Shown here one piece after another: positions 29,842-40,019 of a stretch of 64,000 nt of DNA. The translations under genes and the position numbers were made by a program. The notes under the pieces were generated by a model that saw only the letters and a list, made by a program, of their open reading frames with translations, made no database searches and had not been told where the DNA came from. Origin of the DNA: an uncultured Nitrospiraceae bacterium (GTDB taxonomy: Bacteria; Nitrospirota; Thermodesulfovibrionia; Thermodesulfovibrionales; SM23-35); contig CAVRZG010000014.1 in NCBI GenBank assembly GCA_963725545.1, positions 733 through 64,732 of the forward strand, in the 5' to 3' direction. The first letter of the stretch is position 1, and each line of letters opens with the position of its first letter.

Positions 29842-31342
29842 ATGCCTAACGGATCATCAGCAATCGTTCAAAAACTCTGGAATTACTGTAACGTCCTCCG
29901 GGACGACGGGATGAGCTATGGCGACTATGTTGAGCAGCTTACTTATCTGCTTTTCCTCAAGATGGCTGATGAGCGGTCAAAGCCGCCTTATAATCAGCCG
30001 AATCAAATCCCCGCCAAATACAACTGGCAGAGTCTTCTGAAAAAAGACGGCGATGAGCTTTTTGATCATTACCGGCATACCCTCGAAAAGCTCGGACAGG
30101 AAAAGGGTCTTTTAAGTCTTATCTTTGCCAAGGCACAAAATAAATTCCAGGACCCTGCAAAACTCCGCCGTCTTATTGTTGATCTGATTGACAACGAAAA
30201 CTGGTCTTCAATGAGCGCTGATGTAAAAGGCGATGCCTACGAAGGACTTCTTGAAAAGAATGCTCAGGATACAAAGTCAGGCGCAGGACAGTACTTCACT
30301 CCGCGTGCGCTCATTCGGGCCATGGTCGATGCGATGGCTCCAAAACCCGAGCGAGACAATCTGTGACCCTGCCTGCGGCACCGGAGGATTCTTCCTTATC
30401 TCTCATGACTATATCGTCAATCACAATCCCGACCATGACGAAGGAGCGAAAAGAAGTCTGCTGAAGGAAGACGACCTTTCGGGGCTGGGAACTTGTCCAG
30501 AGTACAGCCAGACTCTGTGCCATGAATATGATGCTTCATGGGATAGGCGGTGATACACTACCCTTAATAGTTTCAGATTCTCTTGCGATCTGATCCCGGA
30601 GATCGCTTTGAGATAGTGCTTACCAATCCGCCTTTCGGAAAGAAAAGCAGTATCACGATCGTAAATGGCGAAGGGAAAGCCGACAGGAAAAAGAAACTTT
30701 GATTACGAGCGTCAGGACTTCTGGGCAACGACATCGAACAAACAGCTCAATTTTCTTCAGCATGTGAAGACATTGCTCAAACAGCATGGCCGGGCTGCTA
30801 TCGTTGTGCCTGATAATGTGCTGTTTGAAGGCGGAGCAGGTGAGACAGTACGGCGCAAGCTACTTCATGAATGCGATGTGCATACTTTGTTAAGACTGCC
30901 GACAGGCTTATTCTATGCTCAGGGAGTTAAGGCAAATGTGCTCTTCTTTGACAAAAAGCCTGCCTCAGAAACACCGTGGACAAAGAAGCTCTGGATCTAT
31001 GATTTCCGGACAAACAAGGATTTCACCCTCAAGACTAACCCGCTTAAACGCAGCGATCTTGATGAGTTCGTAAAATGCTACAACCCGGAGAATCGGCATA
31101 ACAGAAAAGCCACATGGTCAGAGAAAAACCCTCAAGGCCGCTGGCGGTCATTCGATTACGAAGAACTTATCAACCGTGACAAGGCAAGCCTCGACATATT
31201 CTGGCTCAGAGACGAAAGCCTCGAAGACTCCGACAACCTCCCCGACCCCGACATCCTCGCCCGCGAGATCGTCGAAGACCTCCAGGCTGCCTTAGTCCAG
31301 TTCCAGGCTATTGCAGAGGATTTGGGAGAAACCGGACAATAA
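29842..31342 (+). pseudogene. hsdM: type I R-M N6-adenine DNA methyltransferase subunit, at least 4 frame breaks
   Basis: Track ORFs 29842..30366, 30233..30553 and 30665..31342, plus untracked pieces MNMMLHGIGGDTLPLIVSDSLA and DPGDRFEIVLTNPPFGKKSSITIVNGEGKAD. Motifs ICDPACGTGGF and NPPFG. Confidence 0.85.
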
Positions 31343-31695
31343 TGTGTGAAATTTTTCATAACAAGATATAGAGCAAGATAAGTGTGTCAGGCCTTGTCTT
31401 GTGGCTAAATACCCGCTGAATACTTCAAATGGCATTCATTTTGTTTCATAGAGTACTGATCATGCGCATTTGCAGGTGAAGGCAATACTAGTCGCTCGTC
31501 AGATTGACTGTTGGGGTCATCAAAAAGCGCAGACAGAACAGCCCTTGCATGTCAGAGGTTGCCGATTGCTAACAAATAATTGGTTCAACGAAAGTTACCC
31601 ATTTTTTTGCTCTCATGGTATCATTTTGAAAATGCTGGTGAGGTTTGCAGATGAAAAATATATTAAGAAATACTTGCAGGATAGAGTAAATCGAG

Positions 31696-32286
31696 ATGTC
31701 ATTTCAACCGGGCATTATAGAAATTCAACTCCCTGAGTGGATTGATAGGTTCTTAACAGAATACCCTGGATATATTCCGTCAATCCAGGATCGCATGTCG
31801 TTCGTCATCGAAGCCGCACAACGTAATATTTCCGAAGGTACGGGAGGCCCTTTCGCAGCTGCAATATTTGAGGCTGAGTCCGGAAAATTGATTTCACTGG
31901 GTGTTAATCTGGTTATCTCTCAGGGGCTATCGATCCTCCACGCGGAAATGGTCGCATTCGCCCTTGCACAGAAGAAGATAGGCAGCTACGACCTCGGCAG
32001 ACAAGACCTGGCTCTTCACGAACTCGTCACCAGTATAGAACCCTGCGCTATGTGCTTCGGTGCAATTCCCTGGTCCGGAGTGCGAAGGGTTGTTACCGGG
32101 GCCCGCGATTCTGATGCAAGAAACATCGGCTTTGACGAAGGGCCAAAAATAAAGGACTGGAGAATTGAGTTGGAGAAGAGAGGAATTGCAACCATATGCG
32201 ATGTCAGTCGGGAAGCTGCAGCTCAGGTTCTTCTTAACTACGCCTCGCAGGGCGGGAAGATCTACAACTCGCGAGAGTCGGCATAG
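31696..32286 (+). CDS. CDA-fold zinc deaminase (nucleoside/nucleobase or tRNA-adenosine deaminase-like)
   Basis: 196 aa with HAEM...PCAMC zinc-binding signature (H-A-E, P-C-x-x-C). Confidence 0.75.
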   Translation: MSFQPGIIEIQLPEWIDRFLTEYPGYIPSIQDRMSFVIEAAQRNISEGTGGPFAAAIFEAESGKLISLGVNLVISQGLSILHAEMVAFALAQKKIGSYDLGRQDLALHELVTSIEPCAMCFGAIPWSGVRRVVTGARDSDARNIGFDEGPKIKDWRIELEKRGIATICDVSREAAAQVLLNYASQGGKIYNSRESA

Positions 32287-32337
32287 CAACCGGTTCGAAC
32301 CAGTGTCGCGTGTCAAGTGAGAAGGCATTCAAACTAA

Positions 32338-32511
32338 ATGAAATACCTTATCATCATTTTTATCATTATAATAATCCTCGGTATCGTTGCCAACCGTGAA
32401 CTCGCCCGTGATAAGAAGAGAGTTAAACGCATGATAAGGGAATACTCTTATAAAACCTATTCTCCCGAAGATGAAGAGGAAAAACATCCTGTAAAAGAGA
32501 AGAATAAGTGA
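32338..32511 (+). CDS. possible small membrane protein (57 aa, below the track cutoff)
   Basis: MKYLIIIFIIIIILGIVANRELARDKKRVKRMIREYSYKTYSPEDEEEKHPVKEKNK: one TM helix plus a charged tail. More protein-like than the antisense track ORF 32329..32520. Confidence 0.35.
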   Translation: MKYLIIIFIIIIILGIVANRELARDKKRVKRMIREYSYKTYSPEDEEEKHPVKEKNK

Positions 32512-32600
32512 ACGGTTCAATTCTGGCGCCGCTATAAAGGTTATAGCATGTGAAGAAGAGACGGTCTTCGTTTAGGTCTGCACCAGCAATTGTTCTCTAA

Positions 32601-33530
32601 TCACTGGCAGTATATCATAGATATCGAGGGGTTGATATATCCCACAGCCGTGGCAATGTTGCTCACTCTGTGAATAAGAACGTCGCATTTTGCCAACAAT
32701 AAACAGTCTTTCAGAACATCTTCCGCCAATTTCAGATCCGGATCAAATGGGTAAATCAGTGGATCTTCGGGATTGCCGGGAGATTCCTGCAGCCTGGTTA
32801 CGTCTGTCAGAGTGATAACTTTTTCACCAAAGACGTTCTTAAACCGCTCGACATACTCTTCTACATCCGTAGCAAGGAAAATTTTCGCTTCGCTTTCTTT
32901 CGAGGAGATAATATTTGTAATCTCAGCCATATAATGTTCCAGCGGCGGCATTTGACTGTCCGGCTGCTCGCGGATATGTGCGTCGTTTCTGATGTGAACT
33001 CCTATGCAGTATTTCCCCGCTAAATATCGTGAAAATATCTGCTCGACTTTTTCCAGAATACGCGGCTTTATACGAATATACTTTTTGAATGCTGAGTGAT
33101 ATTGTTGCCTCCATCCCGCTCCAGATTTATATAAATTGTAAGCGCGTTTACCGGTTATTGAATAATCCCGATAGGAGGATGTCTTTTTGCGCACTATGAA
33201 TGACCGAGGGGGAAATGGTAGTTGCTCGAAGAAGTGTTCCCAAATATTCCCATCTTTGCAGGTGCCATAGAAGAAGTTATTCAATTTCCTTTCCCTTTTA
33301 ATATTCCAATCAACTTCAACAGCCTTCACTCCACAACGATGAAGTGAGCAGACAAGGTGATTCATTACTTTATTGAAGTTGGAGAAAAAGCCGGCCTCAT
33401 GAGGGACCACGATCAATTTTGTCGGCACCAAGGACTGCAGTATATCTGCCACATTTTGTGCCGCACGCAGAAGCGAACGTGCCTTCACGGGAGTTAATTT
33501 ATAGATCGTAACCTTAATCAGATCAATCAA
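32601..33530 (-). CDS. putative glycosyltransferase (fucosyltransferase-like pattern)
   Basis: 309 aa. IGVHIRNDAH resembles the HxRRGD box and CLLLAKCDVLIHRVSNIATAVGY resembles the C-terminal box of GT11/GT23-type transferases. Last gene of the sugar operon. Tentative. Confidence 0.4.
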   Translation of the reverse strand: MIDLIKVTIYKLTPVKARSLLRAAQNVADILQSLVPTKLIVVPHEAGFFSNFNKVMNHLVCSLHRCGVKAVEVDWNIKRERKLNNFFYGTCKDGNIWEHFFEQLPFPPRSFIVRKKTSSYRDYSITGKRAYNLYKSGAGWRQQYHSAFKKYIRIKPRILEKVEQIFSRYLAGKYCIGVHIRNDAHIREQPDSQMPPLEHYMAEITNIISSKESEAKIFLATDVEEYVERFKNVFGEKVITLTDVTRLQESPGNPEDPLIYPFDPDLKLAEDVLKDCLLLAKCDVLIHRVSNIATAVGYINPSISMIYCQ

Positions 33531-34726
33531 GTGACCTCCTTTAAAAAAGTCTCAGTTGTATTAAGGATATAATCACAATCTTCCCTCCCGATGTCCTGGT
33601 GAACTCCTATGTGGATGCCGTTATCACCAATATACTCAGCATGAGGGAAATCGCCGATTTTATGGCCAAGAAAACTGTATCCGGGGCATTGTGTGGGCAT
33701 GGAAGAAAAAAGGTTTCTCGTATCAATTCCTTTTTCCTCCATGAAGTTGACCAGCTGGATACGGCTAAATGGCGACTGTTCCTGGATTATTATGGGCAGG
33801 GCATGAGGTCCGATCTCCTCATATGGCTCCTTTTCTATCGTGACAAGATAGGGGCTAAATTGCCTGAAATTTTCCATAAGGTAATACAGATTATCTCTTC
33901 TTTTCCTGAGAATATCATCATAAATATCAAGATTCCCTATGCCGACGGCAGCTTCCAGTTCGTTCATCTTGGCCGAAAAACCTATTCTCTCAAACATAAA
34001 TCTAATGTCTGCATTATCACCATTTTCGAACCTCCTGGCGCAATAGGAAGAGGCCAGATTAAGCACGCAACTCTCACATTTACACGCTCTGCCGTGGCTC
34101 CTGAGCGATCTCAATATTTCAGCATGATCTGAATTATCGGTAACGATAATACCACCCTCCACAGTAGTAATAATATGCGCAATATACAGGCTGAAAGCAC
34201 CTATGTCCCCCAGGGTCCCCGCATTTCTGCCCTTATATGTTGCTCCGTGAGCCTCGGCTGCGTCTTCGATAACACAAAGATCGTATTTATCCGCTATGGC
34301 ATTAATCCTGTCCATATCTGCCGGTTTGCCCATTAGATCAACGGGCATAATAGCCCGGGTCTTATCCGTGATCTTTTCCTCTATCTTTGCAGGGTCGATA
34401 TTTAAAGTTTTTCTGTCGATATCTATAAAGACAGGAGTAAAACCGGCCTGCAAAACAGAATTTCCGGTTGCTACAAAAGACAAGGCGGAAGTTATAATTT
34501 CATCCCCGCGTTTTGCGCCATAATCGTACAGCAGTGCCAATGCAAGCGTATCGGCGTCAGTCCCGCTGCTCACCGCTACGGCTTCCTTTGCGCCTATCAA
34601 TTCTGCAAACCGTTTCTCAAATTCACGCACGTATTTTCCGCTGGATAACCTGTTTGATTGCAGGATCTTCAGTATTATCTCTTTGGATCTGTCCGTTACC
34701 GATATTGTTCCAAACGGTATCTTCAT
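33527..34726 (-). CDS. DegT/DnrJ/EryC1/StrS-family PLP-dependent sugar aminotransferase
   Basis: 399 aa, family-typical N-terminus and FSLYIAHIITTVEGG region around the PLP lysine position. 4-nt overlaps with both neighbours. Confidence 0.85.
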   Translation of the reverse strand: MKIPFGTISVTDRSKEIILKILQSNRLSSGKYVREFEKRFAELIGAKEAVAVSSGTDADTLALALLYDYGAKRGDEIITSALSFVATGNSVLQAGFTPVFIDIDRKTLNIDPAKIEEKITDKTRAIMPVDLMGKPADMDRINAIADKYDLCVIEDAAEAHGATYKGRNAGTLGDIGAFSLYIAHIITTVEGGIIVTDNSDHAEILRSLRSHGRACKCESCVLNLASSYCARRFENGDNADIRFMFERIGFSAKMNELEAAVGIGNLDIYDDILRKRRDNLYYLMENFRQFSPYLVTIEKEPYEEIGPHALPIIIQEQSPFSRIQLVNFMEEKGIDTRNLFSSMPTQCPGYSFLGHKIGDFPHAEYIGDNGIHIGVHQDIGREDCDYILNTTETFLKEVT

Positions 34727-34729
34727 ATT

Positions 34730-35722
34730 TTACACTCCACTTTCGCTGCAGAAAATTATCTGACTCCCCAATGTATCAAAACGGAACGGCACATGCAATA
34801 AAAAGTCCAGAGCTTCTTTCAGTCTATCCCGGTATTCAGGTTTGACAAAAAGCAGAATAAACCCTCCGCCTCCCGCCCCTAAAATCTTCCCCCCGGTTAC
34901 ACCATTTTTTAAGGCAATCTCATAAATGTTATCAATAAATGTATTTGATACCTTGTCTGACAGACTTTTCTTGAGCTTCCAGGTTTCATTGAGGAGTCTT
35001 CCAAAATCGAGAAGGTCACCCGCTCCACTCAAAATATTGACGGCTTCATCTACCAGTTCACGCATTGCTTTGAGTTCGCTGCTCTTTTTTGAAAGTTGTT
35101 TCAATTTGTCTGCTTCGATTTTTGAAGCAGTTCTTGAGAACCCGGTGAAAAACAGCATAAGATGATCCTGGAATCGCCGGAGTCTTGCCTGACCGGTAAC
35201 AACTGTATTGACTTCTATATTATGGTCTCCCGAAAAACTGATCTTGTTGAATCCCCCAAAGGCAGCAGCTGCCTGATCCTGTGAACCCACGCTCTCTTTG
35301 ATCATTTCCTGTTCAATGTGAATAGCCTCAAGAGCCAGCTGCTTTTTAGGCGCCATATTCCCCCTTAAAGCACACAATGCATGAAGCAGCCCTACTGTAA
35401 ACGCCGAACTCGAACCAAGACCCGTCCTGGCAGGAAGGTCACCGTCATGGTGTATTTCCAGGCCTTCCTTTATATCCATAAATCTGAATGTCTCTCTTAC
35501 CGCAGGATGAATGATTTCATCAATTTCACTTACCTGTTCGGTCCTTGAATATACAATTCTGTGCTTATGTTCAAAAAAAGGAGGAAGGCGCCTGCAGCTT
35601 ATATAGCAATATTTATCGATGGTCGTGGAAAGAACGGCTCCACAATTCTCTTTGTACCAGGCGGGGAAATCTGTCCCGCCACCAAAGAACGAGATGCGGA
35701 ATGGAGTTCTACTGATAATCAT
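34730..35722 (-). CDS. GHMP-family sugar kinase (HddA-like heptose-7-phosphate kinase pattern)
   Basis: MIISRTPFRISFFGGGTDFPAWY N-terminus and GLGSSSAF GHMP motif. Start set at ATG 35722. Confidence 0.8.
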   Translation of the reverse strand: MIISRTPFRISFFGGGTDFPAWYKENCGAVLSTTIDKYCYISCRRLPPFFEHKHRIVYSRTEQVSEIDEIIHPAVRETFRFMDIKEGLEIHHDGDLPARTGLGSSSAFTVGLLHALCALRGNMAPKKQLALEAIHIEQEMIKESVGSQDQAAAAFGGFNKISFSGDHNIEVNTVVTGQARLRRFQDHLMLFFTGFSRTASKIEADKLKQLSKKSSELKAMRELVDEAVNILSGAGDLLDFGRLLNETWKLKKSLSDKVSNTFIDNIYEIALKNGVTGGKILGAGGGGFILLFVKPEYRDRLKEALDFLLHVPFRFDTLGSQIIFCSESGV

Positions 35723-37255
35723 TCTCAGGACCACTGGACGATTTTGGAGACACTGGTTGCGTGCTTTTATAAATGTAAGAATCATTTTCAAGGACTTTTC
35801 TCTTCAGCCGTGTTCTTGTCATTTCCTGAATGTGTTCTTTAACCTTCTTTCCAAACTTCCGTTCAATCATTTTCAAATATACTCGCAGTTCTGAAATATT
35901 TGTGAAAGGCGTCATCCCTGAACTTCAAAACTTCCGGTGCGCTTAAATATTTTGTCGGAAGCGGCAGCATTTCATAAGAGTGTTGAGAGAAGCCGTGCCA
36001 TTCATCCGGCAATTTCCATCCCTCCCGAACTGCAATTTCATATAACTTTGAGCCTGGATACGCCATGGCAGAATAGAAATTTGCAAATTCACAATTCAAT
36101 TCCATGGCCATATCAAGGGTTTCCTGCATAGTCTCAACGGTGTCATCCGGAAGTCCAAAGATATAATTGCCTATTACCCTTATTCCGGCATCCTGAATAT
36201 TTCCGACAACTTTTTTTATGTCATTTGTTCTCACTTTTTTTTGAAGCGCCGTCTCTCACCTCGGGATTTCCGGATTCAATCCCTAACGCAAGCCAGTTAA
36301 TTCCTGCTTTCTTCATCTTTTGCAGATTCTTCTCTTTGACTGTATCGACTCTCGCATATGCCCAGATATTCAGGTCAAAGCCTTTTTTGATAATTAAGTC
36401 CACTACCGCCATATAATGTTTTTCATCTAAAATAAATAGTTCATCAATAATTTTTATATTTCTTATCCCGTATTTGTTCACTAATAAGCCTATCTCCCCG
36501 ACGACCAATTCGGGGCTTCTATAGCGTATTCCGGGCTTTCCAAACGGCGCATTTATACAGCAAAAAACACAGGAATAAGGACATCCAAGGCTTGTATATA
36601 CAGCGCCGTAAGGCATTCTATGATTCATGTCGTCAAAGCAATGCCAGTTATGAGCCCTGTATTTTTCCATCGGCAAGAGATCCCATGCAGCTATAGGCAA
36701 CATTTTATCTAAATCTTTTATTAGCGGGGCTCTCGGATTATTCTTTACAGTTCCATCGTCAAAATACCAGAGCCCTGGGACTTCCGCATAATCTTTCTTC
36801 TCTGCCTTTAAAATCTTCAGCAGACTTGTCAGAGTATATGGCCCTTCTCCTTCTATTACGAAATCCACACTTTCTTCCTCCAAAGTCCTTTTGGGAAGCG
36901 CTGAGGGATGGAGGCCGCCTATGGCAACCTTCGAAGAAGTCCTGTCTTTTAACGCAGAACAAATTTTGCCGGCTACGGTCATATTCTGAGTAGAAGCAGA
37001 TGGTTGAGAACCATAAACAATGACAGCGGCCAAATGCGGATCAAGCTCGTTTACTCTTTGGGCCGTTTCCTCCGGCGTAATATTTTCTGCGCCGGCATCA
37101 ATGATTTGCACGGCAAAGCCATCGTTCCTCAGATAAGAAGCCATCGCAGCAATCCAGAAAGGCGGCTCTATGGCCGAAAAGTCTGCTGCGAGGTCCTGGT
37201 AGACCTGCTTCCTGTCTCCGGGATTGATAAAAACAATGTCTGTTTTATCCTTCAT
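35709..37255 (-). CDS. B12-binding (class B) radical SAM enzyme, about 2 frame breaks (near 36225 and 35905); 3' boundary uncertain
   Basis: Track ORFs 36221..37255 (cobalamin-binding N-domain, CPYSCVFCC radical SAM cluster motif), 35863..36234 and 35709..35915 (FTNISELRVYLKMIERKFG tail in another frame). Confidence 0.75.
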
Positions 37256-38220
37256 TGTATTTTTTCAATAGCTCGCCTTTAATATTTTTCATGATACTCT
37301 CATCATCCAGACCGTTTAGTTTATGCAGGTAATCTCTGCTCCCGATATCGAATACATACTTGTCTCCGAAGCCCATTCTTTTTAAAATAATCCCTGATTT
37401 ATTATCGTTTAAAATGCCTGCAATAAAACTATCAAGGCCGCCTTTATTTATAAAAGCCTCTTCAAGAGTTACCACACAGCTATATTTACTTAATTCTTCA
37501 AAGAGCATAGCTCTCATCAATCGGTCTGATCATAAAAATATCAATGAGGCCGATATGTATGCCTTCTTTCGTGAGTTTATTCGCTACTTTCAAGGCTGTA
37601 TGAGTCATAAATCCTGTTGAAACCATGCAGACTTCTTTTCCCTCGACTAATGTGCAGAAACCCTTATTAATATCTACCATTTCTTCGTCTTTATATATGT
37701 CCGGCATTGGTTTCCCGTCCAATCTCATATATTTAGGCCCTTTATTTTCTATCGAGTAATTGATAAAGGCCTTAGTCAAAACACAGTCGCTTGGAGAAAA
37801 AATGCAGATATTGGGTAAAGTCCTCATTATGCATATATCTTCAAGCGCACAGTGGGACGGACCCGACATATCATAACTCAACCCGGCCCCAACGCCGATA
37901 AGGTTAATATTCATTTCTTTTATCTGTGCCAATAGTGAAAGATTATTCCTTATTTGTTCATAAGCTCTCATTGTCAGGAATGGCGCGATGGCATACACGT
38001 ATACGATATACCCTTCCAATGCCAACCCGGTTGAAATATTTATTGCATTTTGTTCAGCTATGCCGACATTTACAATCCTTTCAGCAAAATCTCTTCTTAT
38101 TTTATCGAGCACAGGTGATCCGAAATCAGCGGTTAAAAGAAATAGCCTGTCGTCATCCCGCATATGCTTGTAAATCTGATCGAGAAAAACATCTCTCATT
38201 CTTTTTGGCGGCTTATTCAC
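37245..38220 (-). CDS. transketolase-family C-terminal (pyrimidine-binding) subunit, one frame break about 37500-37520
   Basis: Track ORFs 37498..38220 (VNVGIAEQNAINISTGLALEG) and 37245..37520 (C-terminal domain). Confidence 0.8.
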
Positions 38221-39042
38221 TTTAACTCTGCTATGGCTCTATCAACTTCTGCCGCGTTCAGACTTCTTATATGGCTTAAAGGATCAGATTCAAGGTTTGA
38301 GACGCCCTTGCCTTTTACAGTATTTGCAATCAGCAAATTCGGTTTATCGCCGTTGCCGTTCTTCAGCTTTATTAATGTCCTGAATAATTGAGATATATTG
38401 TGGCCGTCCGCGCTCTTTACATGCCAATTGAAGACCTTGAATTTCTTATCAAGTGGCCCTAAATCCAAGATATTCCTGCAGTAATCAAGCATGCAGACTT
38501 TATTGTTATCAATTATGACGATCAGATTATCCAGCTTGTGTTCTCCGGCAAACATAACTGCCTCCCATACAGATCCTTCATATAATTCGCCGTCGCCAAG
38601 CAGCACAAATACTTTTTCTCTTCGGTTTTTTCTCTTCAGGGCAAGCGATACACCGCAGGCTACGCCGAGTCCATGCCCCAGGGACCCGTTGACTACTTCA
38701 AATCCTGGAATCATCGGGTCTGGGATTCCTCCCAGGAGCGATCCCTCTTTGCAGACTCTGTTCAACTCCTCTTTATGAAAATAACCCAAGATCTGCAAGT
38801 ATGGGATATAATGAGATGGCGCCATGACCCTTACTGATAATAAATCGATCTCTTCCTTCCCAATCCGGTTCACCCGGTTTGAATTCGAGAATCTTCCCAT
38901 AGTATAAAGTCACAAATATTTCAACGGCAGATAATGACGAAGCCAGCCTTGTTTCCGGTGCAGCTTTATGGATCTTCAGGGTTTCCTGTCTGACCCATAA
39001 TGCCTTATCTTTCAGGCTTTTAACCAATTTTTTGTCAAGCAT
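38217..39042 (-). CDS. transketolase-family N-terminal (ThDP-binding) subunit, one frame break about 38780-38800
   Basis: Track ORFs 38773..39042 (IISKGHGAISLYPILADLG) and 38217..38900 (GSLGHGLGVACG, LGDGELYEGSVWEA ThDP motif). Confidence 0.8.
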
Positions 39043-39076
39043 GTAATATTCTCAAGAGCAAACAATTGAAGCCAAC

Positions 39077-40019
39077 TTAAACATTACTATATTTACTGTT
39101 CGTTACTATTCTGTAGCCTTTGATAAGTTCACTGATACCTTTTTCCAGCGAGTGTATGGGTTTCAAGCCGGTTCTTTCAATTTTTTCATTTGAAACCATA
39201 TAATCTCTTTTATCCGGATCTTCACCAATCTGTCGCCTCTAAATATACAAAATTGCGTACTTGCTCCCTGATTTTTGCACAGAGTTCGAGCTTTGAAAGA
39301 TTGGCGTCGGAAAGTCCCACATTATATGCCTCATTTTTCATTGTGTCAAAATTATCGATTGAATGGATAAATGCTCTTGCAACGTCCCGGATATGGATAT
39401 AGTTTCTTTTAAAATGACCTTCAAAGACAACCAGAAATCCATCCTTCACAGCTCTGTATGTGAAGTCATTCACCAACAAATCAATCCGCATTCTTGGAGA
39501 CATTCCAAAAACAGTAGCCAATCGCAGGCTTATAGAGTTTCCCCTGTCAAGCACCAACTTCTCCGCCTCCACTTTCATCTTTCCATATAAAGAAATGGGA
39601 TTCAATGGAGTCTCCTCAGTGCAGTAAACATCCTTTTGGCCGATACCATATCCACTGTTTGTAGTAGGTATAATTATTCTCTGATCTTTCGAGGCAAGCT
39701 TTACCAGGGAAGCTATAGCATCTCTATTAGTGGTTACAGTTCCTATTTTATCTCTATTGCACAGCGGAGCGCCTACCAATGCAGCCAGAGGAATGATGTA
39801 ATCGGCTTTCTGTAAAAGAGGGGTCAAAGTGCCTTCATCCCTTGCATCTCCTCTTATGACATCAAATTTTTCATAAGCACAACACTCAAGCAGAGAGGCC
39901 TGTCCGAACATAAAATTATCCAACACGGTTACTTCATGACCCAATTTCAATAATTCAGGAACAAGAATAGAACCTAAATAACCTGCTCCGCCTGTTACCA
40001 GAATCGTTTCTTTCCCCAT
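39077..40019 (-). CDS. NAD-dependent sugar epimerase/dehydratase (SDR), frame break near 39222
   Basis: Track ORF 39222..40019 (VTGGAGYLGS Rossmann motif). The next frame continues IGEDPDKRDYMVSNEKIERTGLKP...ELIKGY to TAA at 39077-39079. Confidence 0.8.

Noticed and set aside
32292-32301. GGTTCGAACC resembling a tRNA T-arm or possible island att site
   Set aside because: It is a simple 10-bp palindrome just after the deaminase stop. No acceptor stem, D-arm or anticodon arm can be folded around it.
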